A stretch of DNA of 64,000 nt from Marsupella aquatica (GCA_973895155.1 OZ316896.1:3882738-3946737); one strand, 5' to 3'. Shown: positions 1 through 14,546, counted from the first letter of the stretch. The notes: generated by a model from the sequence alone, not told the origin. Made by a program: numbers and translations.

Positions 1-1317
1 TCTCCTTCAAATCTCATTAACCCAGAATTGCTTTTCATTTGTTAGTCACTAAACGGAAACACCAAACAACTGGGCACAAACGCAGCTCTCCCACTGATTC
101 TTCCTCTATCACGCTCCCAGACCGATCTTCCACCACGCCAATCCTCATCAACAACAACCTTCCTACTACTATTCAATCCGAATCGGCTGCAAAGCCAACA
201 ATCCAAGAAATCGATGACAAGAAGCTGCAGCGAGAGATTAAATTACCAACGACTCGATCGGCACGAATCCTCTTCGACGGATTGCTTCCTTCCTGAGTTT
301 CTCTGTTGCGCCAATCTCCGAAGCTCGCACGAATGTAGAGTGTAACGAGTTGGGGAATTAGAATCCGGAGCACTGGTAACGAGAGGCATCTAATTACAAA
401 AGCTGTGACAGAATACTACTGTTGAACAGAGACGCTGATTTCAAACACAGCCCGTCAGGAGTTAATTAATGGCCGCCGGATTTTGCCTTCTTGAAGGCCT
501 ACCAAGCGGATTCACCGCCGGGATATTAGGCAGTGGTCAGGTCTCATCTACGGTGCACGAGTACCCATATTGGAACGTGAAGTCTCGCTTCCAAGATATC
601 CTCGAGATTACCCCTTGAACGGCTGGACCTACTTCCACATCAATGGGCTGTGAACAAGTGTTGTTTTCTAATCCAAAGATTTACGAATTTGTGGGCTACA
701 AAGAAAACATTAATCTCGGCAAACAAGTTGTAGTGCACATGCCTACATTGTCTCAGTACACTGTTGACTGTTGGTGTAGCCCAAAATTTTAGCCGCTTTG
801 TTTCAATTAATTAGTGAGAGTTAGTGATTAACAGTAACTACTGTACCTTGACGACCCATTCTTTGAATCTAGGTGAGAACCAAAACATCTTCGCTACTAC
901 TCATCAATGAATTTGCCTCATCTTTGTTTTGGACCTCATTTTCAGTTATGTCCCAAAAACCCCCATCTTCATTAGGGCTTCTCAAAACTGAGAAATTACA
1001 AATTATGCCACTCACCCATAAAGTGATGGTCATAACTTTGTCACAAGGTTGTGTGATTTGTTTTTGGTTTTTCTCTACAGTGATTAATGATAATGGCATA
1101 TGACCAATCCTACTGGAAAAATTTATGGACTGTGAATTTTGTAGTTTGTAATTTTTTGTGTCCTTAACCTGTAACTAGGGAGTTAAGGTCCATCAAATTA
1201 TTAGATGCTCTATTGTAGACACCTCACTTTAATCATGTCCCAAAAGCCAGGCTCTAGAGACTTCATTGTAGACAGTAGGTTGTGCACATAACTTTGGATT
1301 ACGATTATATAGATAGA

Positions 1318-1968
1318 CTAGCTCAATCCCCGTGCGTTGCACAAGATATGTCAAGTCGCCCAAGATATCATTAAGAAAAAAGATATTGTGACATCCAAGA
1401 TGTTGCTAAGAGAAAGGATGTAGTGTCGCCCAAGATCGATGTTGTTAATAAGAGAAAAGATGTTGTGTTGCCCAAGCTTTCATTAAGAAAAAAAATGTTG
1501 TTGTGTCTCTTGCCCCTAAAGCCATCATGTTTGCTTACTTGGCTTTGGCCGCCTCAATGTCGAGATCCCTTGGTGCGACAGCATGGCTTGGCCGACTTTC
1601 CAACGACCCTTTTTCTTATCCCTTGCATCCCCAAACCCAATTGGAACCTCATCCAAGCTTACTCGGCTCCTTACTCACCCTTGGGGGTTTCACTTCCTCA
1701 AAAATGGCACATCACGTGCAACAAAAGATAGGGTCATTTTAGTGGTTTGAAGGAAAGACTTCAGAATTTTCTCATAAGAACAATAAGGTCTTTTAAATCC
1801 AATTTTGAGACTTACAAGAACATAAGGGTCTTTCTAACCAATTTTCTCAAATATTCCAAAAATATTTCAACTTTGTAGGGGTTGAAATTTTTTATTTTTT
1901 TACATTTTAGGGGATCTGAGGCCTAAAACCGTCTCAGGTGATGGGGAGCATCCATATATATAGTGAGA
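1318..1968 (-). mobile_element. Putative non-autonomous Helitron relic
   Basis: Minus strand ends ...TTGTGCAACGCACGGGGATTGAG-CTAG|T (imperfect GC hairpin then CTAG at 1318-1321). Candidate 5' end TCTCACTATATATA near 1968. Internal ~36-bp degenerate tandem (1345-1500). Segment 1780-1968 recurs at ~15195-15358. The 5' flank is not a perfect A|T target. Confidence 0.5.
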
Positions 1969-3721
1969 CCCCCGAGTAGTCACCAACGCCATGATTGCCC
2001 CCTTGGGATGATGGCGTGGTTTGTGTAATTTTTCAACATATGGATGTTTAGGCTCATTGGTAGCATAGCTTGGTTGGGGCCCAGGTTCGAAACCTGCTGT
2101 GCATCAAAAATGCTTTTTAACATTCACCGGACCCAAAAAATGGGGATCATTTATGCTAGTAACTTACATGCGCTTATCCAGATCATAAGGGCTATACAGG
2201 GTACAAGGAGGGTGTGGGACCTACCAGCAGATTCATGGTGACATTGCAATACTAGATTGCAATATACCAAACCCCAAACTTGGAGTGATTGAGACGGCAA
2301 GACATTGAGCATGGTGTTTGGGCCTAGGGTGGACCAAGGTGGTCAAGCCTAATTTCTTAGTTTGTGTGTGAACTGCATTTGTTGCAGTTATGTAGTTGTG
2401 AAAATACCCATAACTTTGTGCTCCCTGCTCTTTGCGCACAACACAAAAGTAATTAGCCAAAAAATAATGAATGAACATATGATATGTTAATGATAAACGA
2501 AGTAAAGCATAGTGACTGAGACTAACAGGGGAAGTGTAGCTGGACTAGCCTAAATACCCATGCTTTCCTCGTAAATATATGGTGAACTCATCCAATGGTC
2601 TCCGTTTCCAGTTTCACCAACAGTAGCTGTGCCTCCCAAAGTCACGGGCTAGAGACTTCACCCTAGATTATAGGCTCTTATACGAGCTTTTGATTGGGAT
2701 TTATTGGATGGATGTCTTGAAAATACTAAGAAATTAAAGTACTGTAAGCACTGTCCCAGCCTACATGTCCACATCCTCACGTCAGGAATTTTTTAGGTTC
2801 AAGAAATCCCATTTGAATAAAACTATCCTCTGATATCTCCACAGAAAAAACTTCTTTGTTTGGCTCAAACACGTTTCTGTTAGATCAACATATCTCAACT
2901 GGGATGAAATCAATCAGCAAAAATTGGTTAAATTGGTTTCTAGTCCATCTTCCAGTATGATCAAACAGTTTTGTTTGCTTTACACACCCTTGGTCTATAT
3001 CAATATTTGAGAGTTCAATTTCAAGTTACTTGGATGACATCAGCAAATTTTAATGTTGTTTGTGCACCATGAAATATGTTGCTCCAAATTGAAGTGAGAT
3101 CTATGGTGCAATGCAATCACCACCTACATTTGAAGCGGGAACCAACCATATAAAGTGGGACATGACATCAAGTGGGCGTAGTACTTCCAGTTTAGGACAG
3201 ACGTTGCACAATCAATCATCGAATTGAAATAAGCACATAGACAAATAGTTAGGGGCGAGAAGAACAGACTACAAAGTCAGTCACTCTCAAGAAATGTGTG
3301 ACTTAGGGAGCCTGGCAAGCTTGACAAGGAGGTCCTACGAGACATTTTGGAATTAGGGATTTCGCTCTACTCCAAGGTTAGAGAGATTTGGTTTGAAGAA
3401 TTTTTAGGGTTGAAGAGAATGTGAATGATAAATGACAGGTCACCATGCAATGTGGCTGAATAACTCTAAGCAAACGTACTTGCTGCTCGGATATGTGCCC
3501 AAGTTTTGATCCCAAAATAAAGTATAAGTTTCACTTAAGGGGATGGCTTTGCCCCCAACTCCCAACCAAGATCTCACTCAGGAAACTCAATGATTTCCTT
3601 GGATCCTTAAGTTTGGTCTGCATTTTATGTTTAGCTTGGATCACAAGAGGTTTCGAGAATATCCATTGTGTGTCCAGAACTAGACTGTCAGTGGCTATTT
3701 CTCTGATTCAAAGAGAACCAA

Positions 3722-6700
3722 ATGGAATCATCACCCAATACTGGAGATAAGAGTACCCTTGTTGATGAAGAAGGCCTAGTAAATGTGGGCATGGGAAGTG
3801 TCGCAAAGCGTCCCTGTACAGTTTTGCTCGAGGAGAAGATTGAGGACAACTTTCAACCTACGGAAGAAGGTAAACTGCAGATTGTTTTTCTCCTACCAAC
3901 ACATTGCCAAATTCCATTCAATGACTCACTCATAAATCCACATCTACATTTAAAGTTGTTCAGGTACACTACCCACTGTTTGTCATGATCTGATCTCTTT
4001 CTACCTTCGAAAAATTGTAAGCTGGAAGATGCATTTTACTTGATTATGAGTATTACTATTATTAAGAAAAACTTATTCTGGACCATATTAAAATTCTGGG
4101 TGAGCAAGACTAGCTCTACAACAATGAAGCAAAATATTCTAGGCACGCAGACTGTTGAATGGCACATAGAGTCATTTGATATAAGATAGAGTAAAATCAC
4201 CACAATCAAACCAGCTTGTTAGCTTGTTGATATAATGGTGTGCTTTGGATTCTTTTATAGTCTACTATTCATGAGAATCATGCAAACTATGGAAGTCATG
4301 ACTATTTGATCTCTGGCCCTTTGCAGAGCTTCTTGAGTATGCTTTATGGCTTGGAATGAATATCCCTCGAGATATGGACTTAATATGGATAGCAAGGGAT
4401 GGGCTAACACAGCCTTTGCCTGGCGAGTGGAAACCATGGTAAAGATTAAGGCAAAGCAGTTTTGCTTGCTAATTGAAAATTATAACAGGCAAAAAGCTCA
4501 CATAATTAGAACAGACATTTGGTTTTGATTTCAATAAATAAATCTATGTCATCAACCAGAATTAACAAGCAATTGTGCAACAGTATGATCCAGATCAAAG
4601 GATGTGTATGATTCATTGATGCATGCTGGGTGCGTGCTTTTTCTAAGGTCATAGTGGCAATTGATTGTATAATTACTCTGCAGCCAAACTGACGATGATG
4701 AAATCTACTACTTCAACTTTGAAACAGGGGAAAGTGTATGGGACCATCCATGTGATGGACTTTACAGGTAAGTGTTACCATAAATTGATGTTATGAACAA
4801 TATAGAAATTTGAAGATGTGGGATTTAATAAACTTGATAAACAATAAGACTAAGAGAACTATTTTCCCAGTATACATTTAATCTGTAATTTTACTACTAA
4901 TCAGCACCTCAGTGTGTTGAATCTTACAAAGTTAATAAACGAACAATATAAAGCGGGGGTTTGATCCACGTATATGCATAAATGAAGATCTATTCAAAAT
5001 CTCCTGGAGCAAGTGGATCGATATACTTTTGATGAAGATTAGCAATGGCTGTATGCGTATTTCAATAGTGTTTGTCCCTATTTCATTATTGCAGGAAGCT
5101 TTATCAGGAAGAGTGCAAGAAGCTGGGCAAAAGGCCATATCAAATACGTGAAAATTCAAGTTGTTGTTCAAACTTACAGCAGCAAATTGCAAGTTAAATA
5201 GCTCCCGTTGGGTTGGGTTGGGTTGGGTTGGGTTTGGGGGGGGGGGAGGGGGGGGGCGTTTTCAGTACAGGCAACATTCCTTGGTGCTTAGTTGCCAACA
5301 AGTTTATATACGTCTCGACTTGTTGGTAGTCATGGTTGGATTACCAAATGAATATTTCTTTTAAGTTGCATCGTAACAAAATCTGGTAGCACGTTATTTG
5401 CAACGCTAGCATAGACTGGAGGGTTTCAATCTACTATAGGTGATTGGTATATCAATGTTATAAAACTCAAAATAATTCAGCTGGCAACCCTCCTGTGCAG
5501 ATTGGGGTGAGGCTTCAACATATCTGCAGCCTTCCCATCAAGTGAATTACAATGAGATGCTGGTTTGTAATCATAAGCACCCTAACTTTTGTTTTAAATT
5601 AGAGTTTAATAGAACTCTTGACCATGCAAACGTCACCTATAATAGTACCTCAAAAATAAAACGCCTGAGCTTCACTGATACCCGAGCTTCACTGATACCC
5701 GAGCTTCACTGATACCCGACATTTTGGCACATCTGACCTGACATTTTCGCACGTCTGATTTAATTGGACTACTTACTCAGCATTGAGTATGCAATTAACA
5801 ATTAAAAAGTTCCCTATATTCTTGCAAGGGCAGGTATTTTGTTTCTTTTCTTTTCTTTTCTTTTCTTTTCTTTTAGTTGTTGTTGTTTGGGACTGGGGGG
5901 ATCGATCCTTAAGAAATGGCTACGGCTCAGGCATTGCCTAAATTTGCCACAATTTAAGAATACCATTTCAAATAGTACTCTTATTGACCATCAGTAGGCA
6001 TGATTGGAAGCTACACTTCTTCATCTTGGCAATTGAGCTCATTTTAAGATTAAGAATGATGTTGCAGAATGAGAAAGAAAAGCATCCACCAAGGGAACCT
6101 CCACTGCAAGGTGACATAGGTATTGAGAGACTTCCTTCTAATAAGGAAATCCAAATGAACATAGTTGAAAAGGAGATCGATTCTCTGAAAGGAATACGAG
6201 ATCAATTACTACAGAAAATGAATGAAGTATTATGGCAAGGAGAACAGTTTTCAACATTGGGCAATCAGCTCGTAGTAGAAAGAGTTGCAAACTTTCACAA
6301 ACTGGAACAAAATAATGGGTCCTTATTGAAAGGAGGGACAGATGAAATCCCATCAGCAGAATTGGAACATTTTAATCCACAATGTCCTGGGAACAGTCAG
6401 AATAATATACAACTTGATGAAGAAGAAGATCCAAGGAAAACAAAAGAAAGGACAGAAATGTTACGAAAACAACTGGAGATGGCAAAAATGATCCCACCTC
6501 AACTTGCAAATAGATCAGATGGTGAACAGATTAATGATTCTAAACAAATGTACGAGGATCATCAAAGATATGAAAATCAAATCAACAAAGGGCCCCCAAT
6601 GAAGTATGCTTCATTGGTCTCACAAGAAGCAAATGGAAACCATTCATTTGTAAGTGATGGACGAGATGCTCTCCATACTAGGGTAATGGAAGAGTTAAAG

Positions 6701-9700
6701 AAAGAGGAGTTACTCATTGTAGACGAAATGAAAGAGAGAATATTAATGCAAGTAAGGAAGGGTATGGGAGTATTGGAGAGAACTGCACTTGAAGAGTATG
6801 AACTTGTGCTCACCAGCAAGAAAAACAAATTGGAATTATTGCGCAAAGAATTGAGGAAGGACATGGAGTTTGAGCTCCTTCTTGAGGAAGAATTAATCTT
6901 GAAAAGAAAAAAAGAGGAATTGCTAACAAGATTACACAGCCAGGTGGGAAGAGAAAGTTGTGAAGTAGAGGAGGCTTGTAAGGATACCAAGCGGACACAA
7001 GTAGTCAACAGTATGAAGAATAGACTGTTCTTGCCAAAGGATCAGAAACTTTTGGAGACTTTGAGAGTTGAAACCTCCTTAGATTACACTCGCTCAAATA
7101 ATGACGCATTGGCAACAACAGTACCATTATCTCCGGACTATGATTTTACCACTAAAACTAGGGAGGCTCAACCAAAAGGCAAAGAAGCTTTGTACTGCAA
7201 AAGTGTTTGTGATGAAGACGCAATGTATGTAGATGCAGACTTGAAGGAGTTGCTCTTGCAATGTAGGAGAGAACTAAGAGATGACATTAATAGATTACAA
7301 AGCAAAATGAATGAGATTCTTGTTGGGCATGCAAAGGCAAATCAACTGAACCTTGAAACGTCATCAATTCTAAATACTGTCCCTATGGAAGATAATTGTA
7401 AGGCGTTGCATGATGCTGCGCCAGAGGATGCCAATGGAACTCAATTGCTGTACATATTGCAAAGAAGGATTGGTGAATTGCATGCAAACTTGAAGCACCT
7501 ACTCGAGAAAAGCAAAGCAGGATTGGATAGTAATAACAATGCACATGTGAGCGATCAACAGTATAAACCTCCAACCCAGAATGATCAAAAGGTAGATGGA
7601 CAACATCCTGGTGATGAATATGTTTCGCCTGACACCCTCCTTGTTTTGAAGGAATTCATGGTGGTTGTGGGTAAAGACTTGGAAAAGAATACCAATCATC
7701 ATGACAAAGAGGTGACTAAAACTAACAAATCTAAATACGTTTTATCCAATAAAGGAGATGAAGCGCTGGATATGAAGACAAATGATAGAATGTCAGCTGA
7801 GACATCATTCATTTTGAAAAGACTAGTAGAAAAGATAGAAAAACATCTGGAGCATCAGACTACCCAACAAGAAGGAAGATCCAGGGAAAGGGCACCTGGC
7901 TGTGGACCTAGTATGATAGAGATTCCTGCACCAAAATGTGGTCATGAATCTCAGTACACATCTCTCAGTGAAGATTTATGTAAGAAGATATTCAATGTAC
8001 ATGGCATTGTAACTCAATTTAATGCCATTTCTACTGATATGATATCCAGTTTGAAGGGTTTTACTGATCAACTAGAAGGTGAAATGAAGGAAAGAACTCA
8101 ACAATCTAGAGGGGAGATAAATTGTGAGGTTAATGGTTCAAGAAGGCACAATGAGTCAACGAGATGCGGGTATGGTATAGTCAAACACCAACAAACTCTT
8201 CCAAATTATGATGTTGATTATGCTATTAATGAGACATCAAAAGTGGCTAGTCAACAGACTATACATTTTGAAAAACTTCCAATTGGCGCATTGGGTATGC
8301 TGGAGCGATTTATCCATACATTACATTATGAACTAAACAATCACATATCCCATCTAGTTAGTAAAGAATGCAGAGACATTCATAGACTTCCAATGGATTC
8401 TAAGCAAAATTCAAATCTTCAGTTGGGTGAAGCAAGTTTGCAAGAAGTCAAACATATATTTCCAGGGGATATATGTGGAACATCAAAAATCCCTGGTGGA
8501 TCTTTTAGTAGAATCTCTACAGAAGCACTATCATGTAATTCAAAGGGATTTGTTGATGGATTGCATCAAGGAATAATTACATCTTCAATCCAACAGAAAA
8601 ACAATTCAATGGAAGATAACATCTCTACCTTCCCCATCAGATCAACAACAGAAGATGACAATTTTTTATTGTCACTTGAGAAAAACGACTTTCAATCTGT
8701 GCTTCCCAAAATGGACCGGGAAGAAATGCAACATGACCCTATTTTGGAGCTTGACAAACTATCCACCAAACCTCTCTATGGCTTGGAAAAGTTTCAAAAT
8801 GAATTAGATAAAGATTTGCACAAACAAGTCTTGCAAGGATCAAAAGAACCAGAGCTTGATGCAACTAAGTTCAAGCCTAGAAAAGTGGATGATCTTTGTG
8901 CTTCGTATCCAGAAGGCAAAAGTTTTCGTGCTGGTGGCATATCCACAAGTCAGGAAAAGATCAGGAAGCCTCTAGATGCACATTCTATAACTTATGATGA
9001 CATCATGCGCATGAGGTTGAAAGTATTCATTGCTGAAGTTGATGAAGAGTTGAAGGCCATAATTCAAAATTGTAAAAGGAAATTGGAAAATGAGAAAGGT
9101 ACAATTGGATCTGAAATGAATGATATAATTGAGCATCATCAGTTTTGCTACCAATCTGAAGAGACTGAGCTTGAATCTCAATCATTCATTCCACTTTTGA
9201 AAGCGTGGTCAACTGAGATTGAAAAGTCAACTCAACACCTGCTTCGACATTTCCAAAGTGAATTAGTGGAGGAGGTGCAACAAAAGAAAGCAAATGAACC
9301 CTCCACTTCAAGATCCATATATTGTGACAAACTTCAACCTCAAGAGCCTCAACATCTAACGCAAGTACAAACACTCGTGGCAGAGGAAAAGCGAATTTGG
9401 TATGATATCCTCAATGATGCCACAAAGCAATGGCTACAAAAGGAATGGGTTGAAAGGCTTGAACATCAGAGTGATTTGGCTACAACATGTGACAACTCTA
9501 TTAGCCCATCAAATTCTGAGTCCTTGACCCATGTTCAGAAGGTGTTGGGAGAAGAAGAAAAGATTATGTGTGATATTCTCAATCCATCCACACAAAATTG
9601 GCTTGTGCATCAAAGAAATCCTCCGGGATTGCATGGAACTTCTGAGGTTAAACAAAGTGCACCTGAGACAATAGAGTCTCTGAAAGGGGACAGCGTCAAA

Positions 9701-11185
9701 GATGAGTACTCTCCAACTGCAAAAAGCAGGCAAAAATATTGTACTTGCAACAGCCCTCGTGCAGGAAATGATTTTGCACAAAATACAATTAATGGAAGAA
9801 TTAGTCACAAAACTGATGTACTTCGGCTTGAAGAGGAAAGGCAATCCAACCTCTTCACCAATGACTTGGAATTTATGGGAAGCCGGAATTTTTGCATGAT
9901 TCAATCCAGCTGCTCAGGTAAAGAGGATGGAAATAATTGTGGATATGAAGTTGACCAAAAGGTTAAGCTACTTCACGGTAATCCTGTGACCCAAAGCAAC
10001 CTCTCATCTATCGATCGTTGGATTTCTAAAGCAGAACCATTTGGACGTCTAAACCATGTGAATGAAGTAGGAGAGTTACTAGAAGGTGCTCTATGTGAGG
10101 AGTGCAAAACACAAAACATCAGAATGGGTGGACATGATACTAGAAGGATACAGGTACCAAGAACTATCAGTCAACTCAAGCTAGTATCAAAACGACGTTG
10201 GCAGAATTTGCAATCAAAGTTGAGGGTTGCTCAAGCTCCAAGGTGGGCACATATGATTGGCACATGGGCAATTGAACAAATGTCTTGTGGCTTGCTATTG
10301 AAGAAGGATTGCTCGTATCCTACTTTTGCAATTAAAAAGTCCATAAAAGCTATAATGGAAAGGACAACATGTGGTAAGGCACATTTGGACGACCCTGAGG
10401 ACGAAATGAGTAGGGATATCAATAAAGGAAGTGCTTCAGATTACCCAAGGGATAAATCAGTCCAGAAGTATAACAATTGTTACCCCTCCATGAAGCCTTA
10501 TTTAACGAGAGCTACAAACTTCAAATATGAAAATGGGAACAACAGTATATCACCAGTTAACTTAAGTTTTCATAAACAAAACTCATCCATTGCATATGGA
10601 GAAGTCACACGTGACTTTCCTGGACGGAGAGGGTTTGATGCCCCCACAAACATGGATGGGAGACATGAAATTAAACTGAACGACCCTGAGAAGATTCATA
10701 GCGCTGAAAGCATAGAAAATTCTTTTATAAAATATCAGAGTGACGATGACTTAGCCTTGTCAATGGTTGAGAACACGCAATGTGATTGCCAAACGCCTCT
10801 GACCAGCAGTATCAATTTGAAGGAGATTGACATGCATGAACTTGAAGAAGCAATTAATAATTTGAGGAGGAGTAGGGAACTTGAGGCAAAAGGCAAATTA
10901 CTTTGGGCAAATCACTCTCGACAGAGAGATCAAAATGATCATGGAGACAAACAAAAAGATTTTGACATAACTGCACCTAGCACATATCAAAGAGAGTTTG
11001 ATAATATGAAGCCTTTCAATTTTGCAAATGAAGATCAAGATGTCAATCAGATATCATCAAGTTCTAGTACCAAAGACAAAGAAACTAAGAATGGACACAT
11101 GAAAGAAGTGCCAAAATTTATTACTTTTGAGATTCTTCAGCAAGGTGAAATTGGTTTGACCAAAAGTAATATTAACGGATCCTAA
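3722..11185 (+). CDS. CEP164: CEP164-like centriole distal-appendage protein (N-terminal WW module, long coiled-coil/low-complexity exon). Predicted exons 3722-3869, 4327-4438, 4684-4767, 5095-~5188, 6068-11185
   Basis: Splicing exons 1-4 at GT-AG sites with matching phases gives [87 protein letters not shown], closely matching the conserved CEP164 N-terminus. The 5984-11185 ORF supplies the large exon (acceptor TTGCAG|6068). The exon 4-5 junction is uncertain. Confidence 0.85.
5207..5257 (+). repeat. (GGGTT)n plus G-run in CEP164 intron
   Basis: TTGGGTTGGGTTGGGTTGGGTTGGGTTT followed by a long G-rich run. Confidence 0.8.
5664..5719 (+). repeat. 17-bp tandem repeat, ~3 copies
   Basis: Unit CCCGAGCTTCACTGATA. 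Confidence 0.85.
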
Positions 11186-13835
11186 GCAAGCAAGTCAAAC
11201 TTTAAGCCCACTTGTGGAAGCCATGGAGGACAACAATGTATAATATAGTCCTAATCCCAATATGTGATTGGATACATCAGAAGGGCTCTACAATGACCAT
11301 GACACTTCATATCATGAGATCACAACACTGATTTGAGGTAAGATATTGTTGCTCTCTAAAACAATTGCAAGTATGTTTTACAAAAAGTCCCATACCTAGT
11401 AAGGTCCATTGCAAGGAGCCCCAACTCAATTCTTACCCCAAATCATTGAACTAGTTTTAAAGCACCTTGTAGTACGTATAATTTGTTAATATATCTAAAA
11501 CTAAAAAGACAGTTCATACAGAACTAATTATTTAAACATTGTTTGCAAAAAGTTAACCAGTCTCAAATACAATAGAAATCACCTAGGCTAGAAGCCAAGC
11601 TAATGATACATGTATGATTTAAATTTAAATTCAGATACAAATAGCAGTGCTTTATGTTAGGAGTTATAAGCCTGGATGAGATCTCCATCCCATATTTTCT
11701 GTTCAAACAGGATTTAAACTATGATGACATGGATCATGACTTTGAGCATGCACACTAGCTGTATATGCACACTAGCACTCACAAATATATGCTAATTACC
11801 CAAAATTTCTCTGATCAGAAAAGGCTTTGTTTATGGGCTTCCGTCTAGATATAAATTAGTAAGCATCCAGTTTTCTTTAGCTTACGCAATTCTTTAATTT
11901 ATTGGTTGGTTATGTAAATAATTTTAAACTCAATCTCGTGGCAACAACGGATGCTCGCAGAGATTCCTGGCAATTAAGGTTCATTGGGTGATCTTGTGGC
12001 ATTAATTCCCAATGCACACATGCCGATACATGAATGCCAAATTTGCACGAGTGGAAGTACCATTTGGGCAAGCTATAAGGTATTCAGAGAACTATTATGT
12101 TTTTGTTATCTTGACCTTTGCACTAGTTTCTGTTGTTGATGTTCTAATATTTTCCTGACTGACTTGACATAGCAAGTCAAATTCGATTTGAACAAATGAC
12201 ACACTTGGGCACTCAGGAATGAGGGATCTTTTCGTAGGAAAGCCTTAAAGAAGGCTTTTGAGGCCTAGGTGTTTTGCTCATAACTAAGTTGTCTGTGAGG
12301 GAGTTGGGCTTCAATATTTGATGTCTGTGATCTTAGTGTCAAACATGTGTTATATGATGATGAGATGCACATATGCAAAAGAGCACAATAGTATGAGAGG
12401 TGGGTCAAAATACTCAAACGGACTTTGACAACTCAGATGAAATCTCAGCAAACATTTAAATGCTCTCTGATAGTACTGTTTACAACTTTTTTAGAGTATT
12501 TATCAGGTCCGGACATACATACATTGTTATGTGTGTGGTTCCATCTGGGTTGAGTTGGACCACCTACATACTATAAGAGTTTGCTTTCCTGCAGATATTG
12601 ATTCCAACATATCATAATTAAAAAATGTCAACAATCTATAACTTTGATTTTCAAGACATTTCCTATTAATTGGGTTTATGTAGGTATCGTACTTGCTTTT
12701 GAAGAATAGAAGAAGCCTTCATCATCCATTCCCCTTGTAATGTGAATCTGGCAGATGACGCGTCGTATATATGGAAGCCCACCTATGACGCTAATATTGC
12801 TGTCAACATTGTGCCCATCTCTAAAGTGATCGTTCGTAATTTACCTTAGTATCAGTTTGGTATCTTGCAGAGATCTTGCATTCATGTGAGTCATAAGAGA
12901 ACTTAGTCAAGGCTAGCGTTTCCTACGAAGTTAGCCAGGACGGCAAATGAGAGGTTTTCCAAGTATGGACTGCCACAAAATTTGTACAGTTCACTATAAC
13001 GATGGATTTTCTGCCTACTATAGTGAACATATATAGGCACAAATACCCTGAGTGCCAGTTTTTTGAGTACAAATAGAAGTGAGTACATTCAAACCCACTC
13101 TGCCGTTTGAGAGACTCACCCTGCCCCAATCCCCATTTTCCACCTGCATCCCAATTTTAAGTTACAACCCCGGGATCACTGTCTAGAGGCTTCACTCCAG
13201 ACGACAGGTACTAAAGAGCAAGTTCACATGGTTAGCATATAGTTGGATATGTTTTTGTCCGTCGTGGTGACAATACACTTTTGATAAGAACGACAAGGAT
13301 CTATCGATAGTAGATGGTGCTGGGTTGCCTTAACCTGATGAAGTTTTCCTGACCAAGAATATCACACCTCTGCCTCTGAAAGTACTCTGTTCTGTCAATT
13401 TGATGTTGATCAACGATATGGGACTGTTGATCGATGGGATGGATTTGAAGTCTGTAAATCGTGAGCTGACAATGAATACAAGCAATTAAACAAACAGAAG
13501 CTTCAGAGAATCTCACAATGACTCGATCGGAACAAAACTTCCATAACATTGTGTTGTCACTCGTAGACGGATGGATGGAAATATGGATTCATAAAGATTG
13601 AAACAGAAGCCAATGTTGTCCCGTTAGAGTCCTAGCTGAGCTCAGAGCTTACCTGTGTACCAGGATGGGAGAATTGAGTGTACTCGTAGATTAAAAATTA
13701 TCATCTCCTTGCGTTTGCACACTCTCAATCCCATACATAAGAGAACTTGAGTTGACCTGGAGGTGAGTGGTACACTTCTATCGTACCGACTCTTCACGGA
13801 CCATCACGTGAATATTTCACTGCAGTAAGGTTTCT

Positions 13836-14546
13836 TCACTGGGTCGAAGTAGCAAAGACAGTCAGCATTTCAAGCTTCTGAGGATAAGATGTGCTTCCTA
13901 CTCCGATTTTTAAAGCTTGGAAGTTCAAGTCGTGCTGCATTTGAGATTCTGGTTTCGGATTTGGTCCGCAGTTCCAATCCAACCCTTCGAACTGAATACT
14001 TTCGCATGGAACCATGAAGATTGACGGATCGTGTGCACCAATCAAAGTAATTCAATCACAGCGTTACTTTGATCTGATGCGAAAGTCTTGATCTACTTCT
14101 CTTCCATGGGTGGAACCAGCTCACTATAAAATTAATAGCGTACAGTAGAAGGTTGATTAGGAGTACCTGGAGTCCAAAGTAATCGAGGGCCAACTGTGTT
14201 TGGACCAAATCATGGCATGCTACATCACGCGGAAAGGTCCTCTACCTCTATGACGGATTTCATTACATTGAAATTTCTACGAACATTCAATTATAAAAGA
14301 ATCGAATAATTCAATCGTCTAGTTCAATTGTCAAAAATCTTCCAATGAGACGACTCAGTCTAAGGTTTGTTTAAGGTCAAGATGAGTCACCGTTACAACA
14401 TTCTTCGAATCTCCAGATCTTGTGATCATCCTCCCACAATTAATTGCATCCTGTCGTCACCCACCTACGTTTACGTTGACATACATCGTTGACATTGAGG
14501 CCATTGGGTCCCTTTGTGCAATTTCAAGGTGACTACCATTCTCCAT
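13836..14546 (-). pseudogene. Possible degenerate BTB/POZ (KCTD-like) gene
   Basis: Minus-strand fragments in shifting frames: MENGSHLEIAQRDPM...VNVGG / MQLIVGG, RNFNVMKSVIEV, TFPRDVACHDLVQTQLALDYFGLQ|GT. In-frame stops and frameshifts are present. Confidence 0.35.

Noticed and set aside
39-700. Short ORFs at the window start
   Set aside because: They look like UTR/promoter sequence of a gene outside the window; no coding evidence.
5984-6067. Start of the 1733-aa ORF as a standalone gene
   Set aside because: Non-ATG start lying in intron-like sequence upstream of acceptor 6068; better explained as a CEP164 exon.
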